A stretch of 62,673 nucleotides of DNA, filler included, from Globobulimina sp. (GCA_003354225.1; 32 parts of 32 records of this genome joined end to end with filler, not necessarily neighbours in it), one strand, 5' to 3'. Positions 34,200-47,089 are shown, counted from the whole stretch's first letter. Notes: generated from the letters alone by a model not told the origin. Numbers and translations: made by a program.

Positions 34200-35221
34200 A
34201 TGTCGACATCAGACATGTCAGCCTTTGTATATTATCTATTATTATTGTACAAAGTATCCACAGCATACACACCAACATACGACGCACCACACACCATAAA
34301 CTGGATGAAATCAGATGTATCCATTCCAGTACCAATTACAAATACAATTACAATTTATTACCACGACTATTTTATTATTTTTGGAGGCTTACTTCCCCAA
34401 AATTCCGGGGCTTCCAATAAAAATATTTTTCTTGGATATACCCATTATACGCCAGCACCAACTCAAACAGCTGGCTATTCCACTACGGCCTCTGCACCCA
34501 CAGCTCTGGGGACGCCTACATCTGCTCCAACAAGAACACCAACTGCAGACTATGGCTCTAAAAGTATAGTAAGCTGGAATCGAAATCATACACTCGCCGA
34601 AAGCGCAGAGGTAACCGGATGGGTTTTAGATCCATTTAGTTGTGACAGTCAATGCTATTCCACCAATAATATGGGTACGTATTTCATGACTAAAGATGTA
34701 CCAACGTGTCGGGGGGATCTATTTTTATATCGATTTGATCAATCAGCCTTAATATATTCTGATATAGTCCGATTTGATAGATACAATTTATCCAAATTCT
34801 TTTATAATAACTCTAACCCCAATAACTGTTTCTATTCCAATATGATAACTTATGTGAACCCTTGTGTTGCTACCAACAATGACGACTTTTATTCAACACA
34901 AACAGCATACATTGTGCTCGCAGACAAAGTATTTGTATATAACATCAGCGAAGATACCGGCTATTTCAGTAATAATCATTTCGTCTCAATGCAGCGGCAT
35001 TGTGGCACTGATGACTTGGATTGCCGTTACGAATCTACCAGACTTAAAATATTCGAAGCAATATGTTTATTTGATAGAACAAATAAGTATCTATGGGTCA
35101 GTTCGAATGAGCCTGGTTGGGGAGGACAATTATGGAGATATAGTGTTGAGGATAACGTCATAATTGATGTCTCAGCTCATTACGTCGATGCATCCAACAA
35201 CCTTCGGCTCAATGCAGATAT
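34200..35221 (+). CDS. Secreted protein with APT repeats and kelch-like blades (3' truncated)
   Basis: Signal-like N-terminus, IIFGG, TPAPT/SAPT repeats, CVAT...YIV and CLFD..NKYLWV. Confidence 0.65.
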
Positions 35222-35601
35222 NNNNNNNNNNNNNNNNNNNNNNNNNNNNNNNNNNNNNNNNNNNNTTAATTAATTAANNNNNNNNNNNNNNNNNNNNNNN
35301 NNNNNNNNNNNNNNNNNNNNNGACAAAAAGTATCATCTGATTTGTCTCATTTTCGAACCTTTTTCTTCCTCTTTATTCAGTAAGATCGTGTACAGTAGAA
35401 ATTGTATTTTAATGTGCATGTAAATCATTTTAACTATAAAACAAAATGTCACATAATGAATATATGTATGTACTACAGTAACTGCACAAATAACAAAATA
35501 CAATACACACAACTAACGATAATACCTAATAATAAACATGTACCACCAACCCAACGATACCTTCATTTGTCATACATAACAACCAACTCAGTTGCAAAAG
35601 A

Positions 35602-36891
35602 TTACAAATCAGACAAATTCATGCAAATTTCAACATCCCCTTTGATACATTTATATGTACATTCCTTTATAACAATTTCTGCATTGATTCCATGCTTGTT
35701 ACTCAAACGGCTAAACAGCTTATTATGATATTTCTGTTTTACTTTCATTCCTAATTTGAATTTATATGCCCCATGATGACCATTGAAGTTATCAATAATA
35801 TTTGATATTGTCGATGCAACAGTCTCATATCTCCATACAGCATATTGAACATTGAACTCTTTCAACCTAGGAAATACTGTGGAAATAGTTTCAGCCAAGT
35901 TTATGCAAAGGTCATCTTCATAGTCTCCGACATAAAGTCCCAGTGTTTCAATCATTGATCGCAGTTCAGCTGTAAGGGCATTGACAAATTGAGGCGGCTC
36001 AGCAATAGCCACATAATGTGAGAGGCATTTCAAATGATGCAGAGAATTGCACAGATTGGCAAAGTTTAACATGTCTTGAGTGATAGATTCTTCATTATAT
36101 TCACCAACATCAACAACATCATCATCATCATTATGGTTAGCTTTGCTGTATGATTTAGTGTCAAATATTAGAGTTTCGATTTTTGAACAATTTCTGGCAG
36201 CATCGCAAACGTCCCCAAAATCTGATACCAAATCTGCCTTTAGAGCGAAAAAGCACAATTCTGGGCTGTTCAAGAGCAGCTTGCAGAGACAAGCAGATAA
36301 TTCATCACTGCAGTAATGGTCACCATTATCGAAATCCAATTTTGTTACTTTGGACATGAGTCCACACGCCACCAAAGAATTGACGAAAATGTCACAACAG
36401 GGTCCTCTACAATGGTAAGGTTCATTTACAAATCGAATGGTTTCAAGATGGAATGAATTGTTGTTTTGATTTATCTGATCACAAATTATCTTCATGGCAG
36501 ATACTCGCAGATTGACTTTGTCATAAATAACATGTCGAACAGTGATTCTTTTGAGAAGAATGGACAAGGCCTCTGATGCTCTTTGACCACTATTATCATC
36601 ATCTTTAAATTTTACTCCATTAATTTGGATAATATTATTATCATTTTCAAGGATAAGATGCATATCAAATTTCCAACAAGTCCAGTGTGTAATCCTTGAT
36701 CGAAACTGTCGGCAAACTAATTCCAAACGCATTTTGCCTCTGGTATCACCAGTAATTCGGCGAAAAATGTAATCAGTCACATCATGTGGCAAATTTGAGA
36801 ATGGAGACATACCATCAGGTAGGGGAATAGTAGGATCCTGAGGAAGAGAAGCTTTCGCGAAACGACGCCTTTTTCGAGCTGGTTTAGTCAT
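35602..36891 (-). CDS. F-box protein with degenerate LRR region
   Basis: PFSNLPHDVTDYIFRRI...LELVCRQFR F-box; N-terminal RKRRR; repeated L..L.L segments. Confidence 0.85.
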   Translation of the reverse strand: MTKPARKRRRFAKASLPQDPTIPLPDGMSPFSNLPHDVTDYIFRRITGDTRGKMRLELVCRQFRSRITHWTCWKFDMHLILENDNNIIQINGVKFKDDDNSGQRASEALSILLKRITVRHVIYDKVNLRVSAMKIICDQINQNNNSFHLETIRFVNEPYHCRGPCCDIFVNSLVACGLMSKVTKLDFDNGDHYCSDELSACLCKLLLNSPELCFFALKADLVSDFGDVCDAARNCSKIETLIFDTKSYSKANHNDDDDVVDVGEYNEESITQDMLNFANLCNSLHHLKCLSHYVAIAEPPQFVNALTAELRSMIETLGLYVGDYEDDLCINLAETISTVFPRLKEFNVQYAVWRYETVASTISNIIDNFNGHHGAYKFKLGMKVKQKYHNKLFSRLSNKHGINAEIVIKECTYKCIKGDVEICMNLSDL

Positions 36892-36986
36892 GCCGAAATC
36901 TGAAAACAGGCACTCTTTTCATATGATGATGATTAATCGGAACAAAATTATATGTATTTTTTTATTGTTCAACTCTACATCGACCA

Positions 36987-37182
36987 TAGAGGTGTGCGCG
37001 GCCTGCCAGAAAATTTTCAGGCCCAGGCCCGGCCCGCCAGGTCAATTTCGAAGGCCCGGCCGGCTTTTTCGAAAATTGAGTTAAAATATGCAAATTTTTG
37101 CAAAATTGGCCCAAAATCGTCCAAAAAGTCGTTATTTGGTCCAAAAATGCTATAAAATAGCCGTTTCGGCGAAAATTTCGCG
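36987..37182 (+). mobile_element. Possible DNA-transposon (hAT-like) terminus
   Basis: Abrupt GC rise starting TAGAGGTGTGCGCGG, with repeated GGCCCG subterminal motifs; the other end is not in the contig. Confidence 0.35.
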
Positions 37183-37282
37183 NNNNNNNNNNNNNNNNNN
37201 NNNNNNNNNNNNNNNNNNNNNNNNNNTTAATTAATTAANNNNNNNNNNNNNNNNNNNNNNNNNNNNNNNNNNNNNNNNNNNN

Positions 37283-37666
37283 GTAACATTACAATATTAT
37301 AAAGCAACTGATAATGGAGTGGTTAGTCAAGAGATCATGGACGATATTGTGAAACAGTTGGAGTGTTCTCAGAAACAAGCGGATTTTATGGGTTCTTTGG
37401 TGACTGAATATGATAAGAATAGAAGCAGTAAATGGGTGGATGCTGAGGCAGATCAGGATGATAAATATAAACAGATTAGAAAAGCATTGGAGGTGAATTG
37501 TGGGGAAAATTGGAAAATTTATATGGGGAATTTTGAGGAACAGGAAGTTGAAGATAGAGATGTGGATAAATTAAGTATTGATGATTTAAAGACTTTAATT
37601 CCTAAAATTGGACCTAGGAATAGATTTAATTCATGGATTGATTCAAGAAAACAGATACAGTTGTAA
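37283..37666 (+). CDS. C-terminal SAM-domain protein fragment
   Basis: WKIYMGNFEEQEVEDRDVDKLSIDDLKTLIPKIGPRNRF is a SAM-like pattern. Confidence 0.75.
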   Translation, partial: VTLQYYKATDNGVVSQEIMDDIVKQLECSQKQADFMGSLVTEYDKNRSSKWVDAEADQDDKYKQIRKALEVNCGENWKIYMGNFEEQEVEDRDVDKLSIDDLKTLIPKIGPRNRFNSWIDSRKQIQL

Positions 37667-37801
37667 TCAAATGCACAATGCTTCATCATTTGACGAAAAT
37701 GTGACGGCAACTGCGTAGCTGGTAAAATAGTTTTCACGTATTTTTTATTTCTAAATTATTTTGAGCTCAATTTTTACTCTGGAAGTGCATGCGGCGCGAT
37801 C

Positions 37802-39143
37802 ATGACTTTTCAAAAAGAGAATTTTGACGACGTAACAGTACCATTAAAAATAGTCGCACTTTTAACACTGATTTTATTGTGGGGAATGTTAACCCCAATC
37901 TCCTTAGTATATGGTTTTAGATTTTGGGTGTTTCGCCAATGCCAAGTCCTTAAAAAAAGATATTCCTTCATTGCCTGTGTCGAAATATTATTTGTATTGA
38001 TTGGTTTCTTCACCAATGGTTGTATTATTTTAGCAGACTCCCAACATTCCACATGGCTGCGCCAATTATCCTTCCATGTCACCATATTCATCCACTATTG
38101 CATCATTTATTGTTGGTTATGGAGATTCTGGTTGATATATTACGACATGAAATGGATGGTTGCATCCTTATCAGTGTCCTGGAAACGCTTAATAAATCCC
38201 CGCAGTCGCCATCATTTACCCTCCATTGGCGCCACCGATTGGTTCTTAGATCATAAAAATACGTTTGGTAATCGCCACTGGATTGGAATTCGCATCGGAA
38301 TATTTGTGTGTTGCTGCAGTATGTTGACAATAATAATTCGCTATGTTTGCGATTTTACTGCCGGTGAACCAATTGGTGAAAGTATATATTTATTTTTTTA
38401 TTTTGTCCCTTTTGTTGGTTTAGGAATATTACGCTTTAAATTACCTCATTTCGAAGATACCATTTACATTCAACAGGAGATGAAATATATTATGTTTCTG
38501 TTGCTGTTGATTTTGATTGCTTTCGGCGTTCAAGAAATTGCGGAGGGAAATTTTAAAGAAACACCAAACTCGCAATTGATTATAAATATATTATTTTATG
38601 TTGCGATCGAATGTTGCAATTTTTTATGTATTTTAATTACGACACGTTATGTGTTGAGGAAAGTTAGTATTTTGTTATCGGAGCAAATGAAGTCTGCGGC
38701 TGGAGCTGGAACTGGGGTTAAACCAGAAAGTAAAGATAATTATGTACCTTTGACAGGTGATTATAATGATAAAATTTAACAGAATTTTAATTTAAATGAC
38801 AAAGACATTATGTTAAATTTTATTATTATTAACAAGGAGATATTGAAGATAATAAGCAATTGCATGAGCAGTTAGTGCAATGTTTATCAAATACAAAATC
38901 GTTTGATTTGTTTATGAGATTTTTAGCCAAAGAATTCAGGTGTGTTTGCCATGTATTTTTTGGTATTTTTCTATGATAATAATATATATATTGAAGTATT
39001 GAGTGTTTATTGAGTTACGTAGAATTTGTGCAATTTAAACAATATATGAGAAAGAGAAAGGGCAATGAGAGTGGGAGTGAAGAGCATGAGAATTCAGATT
39101 TGAATATAATATTTACATCATCGGTACCGAATTACGAGCTTGA
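37802..39143 (+). CDS. 7TM-RGS protein (introns 38757-38836 and 38940-38996; 3' truncated)
   Basis: Seven hydrophobic segments, then after splicing LSNTKSFDLFMRFLAKEFSIECLLSYVEFVQFK, which matches the RGS F..FL..EFS.ENL.F...V..FK pattern. Confidence 0.88.
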
Positions 39144-39243
39144 NNNNNNNNNNNNNNNNNNNNNNNNNNNNNNNNNNNNNNNNNNNNTTAATTAATTAAN
39201 NNNNNNNNNNNNNNNNNNNNNNNNNNNNNNNNNNNNNNNNNNN

Positions 39244-40552
39244 GATTTTGTTCATTTTGCTCAGAATATTGTTTCCATTTTTTACTGACTGCTTTCGTAT
39301 GATATAAGCCACCAAACCATAAAATATATTGAATGATATCTGAAGGGAATATCTCATCTAATTTTCGTAATTTACTTTTTCGTTTTTGCAATACATTGCG
39401 GATAAATTCCACAGTGTTTTCATCTGTGGTTCTTTTTGTATTTCCTTTATTTGCGTGAATATATTCACATTTTAGCAATTTGTCCTCACTCACATTATAA
39501 TTTAAAAAGGTACAAATCCGTTTCAACTCTGCATGTAAATCATTGTTTAAATTCTCCAATTCAATAATATAAAATTGTTCTTTTGAAAATCTCTGCAGCC
39601 ACCATCCGAAATGTTTATCATACAAACTTTGTTCAATTAAACTGAATCTATCCACCAAATTAATGCTTTTTGGCAAGTTATCATTAACTCCGAGACTTTG
39701 CAATTTTCTCCGCTCATCTTGTATCAATTCAGATCTTTCAATTTCAACCATTTTATGAATATCACTGTTAAACGCTGGATATTGTTTCAACCCAAAGCCT
39801 TGAAATAATTCGTTTAACCGATCTTCATGTTGGAAATTGGAAAGTATTCGTTTTATCGGATCGCGTATTAAAACCAAAAATTTTGCATTTGGCGTTGATT
39901 CATATATTCTGTCACGAATATGCGGCAAATGAAAATATCCAGGATCAGCATCAAAAAACAGTGTGTTTTTAAAAAATATTTTCCGGATAAATTTGAATGG
40001 AAAATGTAATTTATAAACAGAGTGATGAGTGAATGATATATTTAATCCTAAAAAGCCCGAATAAAAATTTGATTCTTTGCTGTATAAACCAATATTATTC
40101 CAATATGTGAATGGACCATTTAAACCGAGCGATAATAGATGTTGCGCTAATGTGGTACTACCAACTTTTTTCGGTCCAAGAAAGTAAATGTCCGGATATG
40201 ATCTGAATGGATATGTTATATATCTGAATATAGTGCCGATAGTGTTGAACAATAAGAAGGGGCTAATAATTCGAAAATATATCCAATACTTACAGATGTA
40301 CGCTAATGTGGATTGATTGTGATTCGGTTGCAAAATGAATTGACGTTGAAATCCAAGCGATAAAATAAAAAAATTAACAAACAATATGAGTGCAAGAGAA
40401 ATGAGTAAGCAATATAGAATATAGTTTGATATATTGAAATAATAAAATATCACAATCAATGGTATTATGATAAAATTGTAAGATAATTCATCCCATACAT
40501 TTGAATCCCATACATTTTTTTCTTGTAATTTCTGTTTGTTGTCCTTGTCCAT
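39244..40552 (-). CDS. Membrane-anchored PAPS sulfotransferase (heparan-sulfate sulfotransferase-like fold)
   Basis: 5'-PSB PDIYFLGPKKVGSTTL, KESNFY, DADPGY, 3'-PB LIRDPIKRILS, W...FSKEQFYII, ICTFL; N-terminal TMs. Confidence 0.9.
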
Positions 40553-41204
40553 TCCAAATGATTTTAACCAAAAAAAACTTGCACTTTAAAAAACTCTCAT
40601 ATCATTTCGAGACATGTACAATTAAGAATGACTATTAATAATGCTGCTTTTGCATATGATAATCCAACTGTTAGTATCGATGAGTTCACATTGGGAGATT
40701 TATGTACAATCACTGCAGTTTTCATGTTTTGCACTTTTCCAGTCATTTGGTGTTGTTTCAGGCATAAATCTAAAGCTGAATCTCCACCACAATCACCAGC
40801 AAACTATCCACAAATTTCACAAATACTCGATAATTTACATGCGCTGCGGCTAAAAAATGCGTTCAAATTTATCATTGTTTCCTGGATACATTTCATAGAT
40901 GAGCTTTGCTAAAAAATCGTTGCTTGAGCCTGCAAATATCATAACAATCAATGTGGTAACAAATGGAGTGAAGTGGGAGGAGCCTTTTATTGGTCCGGAC
41001 ACGGATGCTCTACGAAATCTTTTTATATTTACCAAAAAAGAGGCCGTTTACGTGGCCTAGGGACAGTAAAATAGAAACGTTTTAAGAATTTGTACATGCA
41101 GTAANNNNNNNNNNNNNNNNNNNNNNNNNNNNNNNNNNNNNNNNNNNNTTAATTAATTAANNNNNNNNNNNNNNNNNNNNNNNNNNNNNNNNNNNNNNNN
41201 NNNN

Positions 41205-41577
41205 TATTTGAATTCAATGTAGCAACGTTCTCAAATATGATCGAAAAGGAACAGTTGAAAATGAATTCAATCACATTCATGTTGTCAGTGGAAAAGATAT
41301 CGGAGGAATTTGCATAGAGTAAATCTATAAATGGTTGCGGGAAGTCATCGGATTCGAATAATGAGTCTAGACGGTCCGGTGGGTCGTCATCTTCTTGTGA
41401 GTTGTCTTCGGGCGGTGGCTCTGCCACTATTTGCCGACCGTTGCACAGTGATTCTATGCCGTAACATAAGCGTTCGCAGTTAAAATCGATGCCTGCGTCG
41501 CCTGGTTCGGTGGATACAAAACGGACACCGCTTTGCTCAATGTCTTTGGCGCATTTGTAAGCTTCATCTGACATGAT
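41205..41577 (-). CDS. Hypothetical acidic protein (3' truncated)
   Basis: Open to the contig end; divergent from the ATP-grasp gene. Confidence 0.5.
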
Positions 41578-41647
41578 GAGAACAGGTATTTTTTCACTTC
41601 ACTAACTACACAAAAACTGCTTCCAGTTTTTTACTAACGTCCGCGCT

Positions 41648-43065
41648 ATGACAGAGTCACATACTCCCTTCTCTCAACCACCAAAAGACTTAGTCCTATT
41701 TCTCGGTGGGTCTTCCAAAAAACATAATTATTTACGCACCCATTTCGAAAAAGTATGCTCTACAACCAATACCATGCAACGCCATTACCCAACCTCCTCC
41801 AAAACATGCAGTACAGCAAGAAACCGCTCCAATGTCAAAACATTTACACATCGCAGTGCCACAAGCATGGATATAAAGCCTACAGCCAACATTTTAAAAA
41901 TAAAAACATTCAAATTGTAGCCATCTGTCCATTGATGGATAGTTTAATTCCTTTCACCGATTCAATGAATCAATTATGGCATATACCACATAATAATACC
42001 CAAACGAGTCAAATCCGCCGTAATAAGGCCTTAATGCACGACACAATCCGCGACAAAACCGATAATAATATTCGCTTTGCTGTATTTTTCTCCATCGACG
42101 GTCATTTGCAAAGCAAACAACTCTTTGAATCTCAAATGCAAAAACATAACTTATATTATCCCGTTGTGATTAAACCGCCCACTTCCGGCGGTACTGACGG
42201 TGTACGCTTATGTTACACGTTTGAAGCCGCTCAGAAAGTGGTTCGACGACATTTAAATCAAGAAAATGGCGAAAAAAATACAAATGTAACTATGATGGCA
42301 CAGGAATTCTTAGAGGGAGAGGAATATGTGGTTAATACAGTCAGTTTTAAATCCAATCATAAATTCACAGATGTTTGGAGAGCGCATAAGTCATTTCATG
42401 TGGACAAAACACATAAAAATGGCAATGATGGAAAGAGTGATAATAAACAGCCAGAGGCAGATGAGGAGGATAAATATTATCCGTATTCGATTTTATATGA
42501 TTATCAAGAGTTTGAGTGTGAAATTGTGAAGCAAGTGAAAAATAAATTGATTGTGGAATATGTAGAGAATGTATTAAATATTTTAGGCGTGGAATATGGC
42601 TGCGGTCATAGTGAAGTAATGTTTTTGCCAAAAGAGAAAAAAGTGTGTTTGATTGAGTTGAATGCGAGAATGCACGGTGGCTTACCGAGAGCTACTTCTT
42701 TGCTCAAATATGACCAAATGACTTGCTTAGCGTTGACACATTGTGATGTCGATAAATTCTTGAGTGAAATACCAAAGTATTATAGTGTTAAGACTGAGGA
42801 GAAGGATGGAGATGTGGTGAGTGTGAGGGCTGTATTTTTAAGGAGTAAAGTGAATGGCAAAATGGATATGAATAAATTGATTGGATTGAAGAAATTAAAA
42901 ACGTTTCAAAGGTTTGCAAGGTCGCTATATGATGGAGTCAAATCTTGGTTGGAATATCAACTGCAAGTCGCATATTGTAAAACAAAATTGCAGGAAATGG
43001 AGGATGATGGAAATAATAATGTGCAGGAAGTAGGTGATGAAGAAGATGAACACAAAGATATAGCA
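41648..43065 (+). CDS. ATP-grasp carboxylate-amine (L-amino-acid ligase-like) enzyme; frame change near 41750
   Basis: RRNKALMH, YPVVIKPPTSGGTDGV, QEFLEGEEYVVNTVS, GHSEV...LIELNARMHGG. Confidence 0.88.
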
Positions 43066-43165
43066 NNNNNNNNNNNNNNNNNNNNNNNNNNNNNNNNNNN
43101 NNNNNNNNNTTAATTAATTAANNNNNNNNNNNNNNNNNNNNNNNNNNNNNNNNNNNNNNNNNNNN

Positions 43166-44640
43166 CCGTAGCCATTTGGCAAAAATTCTTAAGCCTTTAC
43201 TTGGACTGTCCCCTACACATCTAAAGGATCGTAATGATTTTTTGGCACGATTGAATTCGGCGAATATAGACTGGTCAAATGTTGTAATGGCATCCTTTGA
43301 TGTTTCTGCCATGTTTTCTAACATAAAGTTGGAAACAGCACTTGATATTTTGAAAAAACGACTCAGAAAACACCCTAATTTATGGTCAAAGAACACAAAT
43401 CTAACAGCTTCACGAATATTGAAACTGGTAAAAATTTGTGCACTGACACCACAATTTGAGTTTGAGAATAATTTTTACAAACAACTGTTTGGTCTTGCCA
43501 TGGGCAGCCCATTAAGTCCATTTTTGGCTGCTTTGTTCATGGAAGAATTTGAATCACTTGCTTTACAATCAACCAAAGAAAATATAATCTTCTATGCTCG
43601 TTATGTTGACGACTGTTTCCTAGTGACAGAAAGAGCTGAAACACTTCATAATTTTCTGTTGGAACTCAATCAACAAGACGAAAATAAAAGAATCTCATTC
43701 ACTGCAGAATTTGAAGCAGATAAAAAGTTGCCATTTTGGACTGTCTATTGGACCGGACAAATGGCACTTTAGAATGCACAGTTTATCGGAAGAAAACTGA
43801 CACTGGTCGATTTACTCATTTTTCATCTTTTCAACCGGTTACACACAAAATTGGCACTGTTGACTCCCTTGCCAGAAGGAGTCATCAAGTTTGTTCCACA
43901 CTTGATTCATTAATAAAAGAGAAGTCACAAATTGAAAAGAATTTTATGAATTGCGGTTATCCTAAGCATCTAATCAAGAAGAAAATGGACCCCATTAGAC
44001 CTGCTATGAAACCAAAGGAAAAACCAGAAATATCACTTGTATTACCATTTTATCCGACCTTAACCTGTGAAATATCCCGATTTCTGTCAAGATTCGGAGT
44101 TGAAACGTTTATTTCCAAAGGAGTCAGTTTGGGACATTCCTTATATAAAAACAGCCCGAAAATTGAACCTAAAAATGTAATCTACCAAATCAAATGTAAT
44201 GACTGTGATGCATGTTATATTGGAAAGACTTCGCGACATTTAAATTATCGTATCAAAGAACATCAAAGAGAGGTTGAGAAGAAAAGATCTGCCAGTCACC
44301 CCTTACATAAACATGTGTCAAGTAGTGGTCATTCTATCGATTTTGGCAAAGTATGCGTGTTGGACAGAGCCCAATACCCTGGGGTGCTTGACGCTAAAGA
44401 ACAGTTATTGATAGAGACTACAAAGAGAACCGTTAATTTGCCAGACAGACAGCCCCACCGTTGTTTAACGACTGCTGCCATGATATAAACGAGCGTTTTT
44501 GTACTTGTTATTTTGCTAGTTTTACATGACTTTTGAGCTTCTTAATGTTACGTTTTTGAAACAAATAATATTGATTGTTGTTGTTTTAGGGTGGACCTGA
44601 TGATGAGGTATACATTTACTTCGAAAATTTGTCAATAAAA
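43166..44640 (+). mobile_element. Penelope-like retroelement: reverse transcriptase plus GIY-YIG endonuclease, one frameshift at about 43735
   Basis: SFDVSAMFSNI, YKQLFGLAMGSPLSP, RYVDD, LPF/LD, VYRKKT; VIYQIKCNDCDACYIGKTSR..RIKEH...HV...GH; stop at 44488. Confidence 0.95.
44594..44633 (+). ncRNA. Minimal type I hammerhead ribozyme-like motif of the Penelope element
   Basis: GAC-CTGATGA-T-[GAGGTA tacatt TACTTC]-GAAA-ATTT-GTC, immediately followed by AATAAA. Confidence 0.7.
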
Positions 44641-45126
44641 AGTTTTATCAGTTAGTTGCCTGAAGCCATTTATTCCTAAATTCAAATTACAAACTCACAG
44701 TGACAACAATTGAAGAACAAGATCTCGTTGGAAAGAAATTTGAGTTTGTCCTCGGTACTAAAAAAGTAATCTTAAAATACTTGAGATACCCAATCGAAAC
44801 AATGATTGAAGATTGACTGTTAAATAGAATGAGTGATAATTTTGCTGGAATCAATGTCCAAATATGTAATTTTTAAAATGTCGTTAATTGATACTTCTTA
44901 TGATGCCACCATTTGCTATATCCTGATAATTGGAATCCAATTACCGAGACCTATCGAAATTTAAAATTTTTAAAAAGTAATAAAGTTGTTTTCCTTGCTG
45001 TTCTAGGTATCTCATGGTTTTGGTTTNNNNNNNNNNNNNNNNNNNNNNNNNNNNNNNNNNNNNNNNNNNNTTAATTAATTAANNNNNNNNNNNNNNNNNN
45101 NNNNNNNNNNNNNNNNNNNNNNNNNN

Positions 45127-46987
45127 CAAAGCTTACTGAAGGGCAACGATATTCTGATTTTGTGAACCAAATTGAAGCTGACCCAGTGACAGTACATCTG
45201 TTGCAGGTCGCTGAAACAGAACCCGAATGTCCCGAATTAGTCTTTGCTCCAAAATATATCAAAATTCTTAACATTCCAAACACTGAAATTCAACAACAAG
45301 CTCAACAAGAACAGCATCTAGACCCTTTTTTATCAGCTATGTTAGCCTACAAAACAGACAACAATCTGCCTGACGATGAATCGTTAAGCACTTCAATTTT
45401 ACTTCAACAACAAAACTTTATTATATTAGACGACATTGTATACTACGATCACAAAAAGAATAAAGATAACAGTGTTAGACGATTGCCAATTGCAGTACCT
45501 AAACATCTAAGAACAAAAATTCTAGAAGAACAACATGGAACGGAAAGTTCCGGTCATTTTGGTTTAAGCAAACTCTGGAGACGACTAAAACATCAGTTTT
45601 GGTGGCCAAACATTCGGGGTGATTTAAAAATGTGGGTCAGATCCTGTACTCGTTGCGCTTTTCAAAAGGGCAATAGAAATCAACCTTTATCCCCCTTGCG
45701 ATCCATGCCTATTCCAGAAAAACCATGGTTACTATGTGCAGCAGATTTAGTTGCTTTTACCCGTTCCAAGAAAGGTCACACTTATGCTCTTGTAGTAGTT
45801 GACCATTGTTCAAAATATTTGGCCGTCAAATCATTGTTTGATAAACGTTCAGCCACCGTAGCTCGTGCTTTGGAGAAAATACTCTCTAGTATGGGGAGTA
45901 TGACTACTTTATTGACTGATTGTGGCACCGAATTCACTGGGGCCCCTTTTCAAAATTTACTTAAAGCTTATAGTGTCCAACACATTAAAGCTACCCCCCA
46001 CCATCCACATGGCAATGGTTTAGCTGAAAGAACTATTTTAACCCTCAACACCATGCTCGCCAAAGTAGTTAATCGTTATGCATCTGATTGGGATGTACAC
46101 TTGCCTAAAATTGCGTGGGCTTACAATAAAGCCCCCCAAGCTTCAACAGGTTTTTCCCCTTACTTGCTTATGTTTGGCAGAGAGCCTAATATGGCAAGCT
46201 CAACCGCTATTGGCAAACTACAACCAGAAAAATTTCAATTAGACAACGATTATTTTGCTGACTCTACATTACAACAATATTATCTCGACCGTGCCAAAAC
46301 TATCAATCAATCAGCCAAAAATCAACAAAAACGTTCATATGACAATCAATATCATGTCAAAGCTGACAGGTTTCTTGTAGGAGACCGTGTTTTATTATTT
46401 AATCCAGCAATTCACAGCCACAAATTGGATGCGAAATTTACTGGACCTTACATTATCCTTGATATAAACGAAACAAATGCTTACATCCGCCGAGTAGACC
46501 AAACTGATGCTCGACCACAACGTGTACATTTCGACAGACTCTCAGCATGCTATCCAGAACTCCCCAATAATTTCTTCTCAGGTTCCAGAAAACAACCAGT
46601 CCCATCCATGAGGGCATTGGATGGAAAAGAAACCGGGGAAGCTGAGACTGAAGTCGAAGCTGACCTTTCGATTGAAGAAACGCCTATTAAAACGTTGTTT
46701 ACACCTCAACCTTCGGAAAGATCACTTTCTGGAGATTTTGATTCTGATATTTCTATACTTCCTGATTCAGTGTCTAATATTTCTTTAAATGTAGATTCTC
46801 AACTCCATCCCTCTTTGACTGCTAGTAGCTCTAAGAATTTACAACTAGATTTAGATCCTTTAGAAAGTATAGATTATGACTTCAGTTATTGTCTACCCCA
46901 TTTGTTTGCGTTCGCGCCTGTAAAAGGAGCTGACAATGATATCAAATGCTTAAATTTTCAATTTATTTCAGAATCTCAACCATCGTG
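45127..46987 (+). mobile_element. Ty3/Gypsy LTR-retrotransposon pol, integrase region
   Basis: H..SSGHFG...CTRC zinc finger; AADL, TDCGTEF and NGLAER (DDE); KFTGPY (GPY/F); VHFDRL. Confidence 0.96.
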
Positions 46988-47089
46988 NNNNNNNNNNNNN
47001 NNNNNNNNNNNNNNNNNNNNNNNNNNNNNNNTTAATTAATTAANNNNNNNNNNNNNNNNNNNNNNNNNNNNNNNNNNNNNNNNNNNNTG

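Noticed and set aside
39244-39395. Genuine sulfotransferase-F-box fusion
   Set aside because: The switch occurs within about 150 bp of a contig end in a dataset with other evident chimeric ends; unsupported without reads.
43166-46987. RT, GIY-YIG and integrase as one composite retroelement
   Set aside because: The Penelope-like element and the Gypsy integrase are on different contigs.
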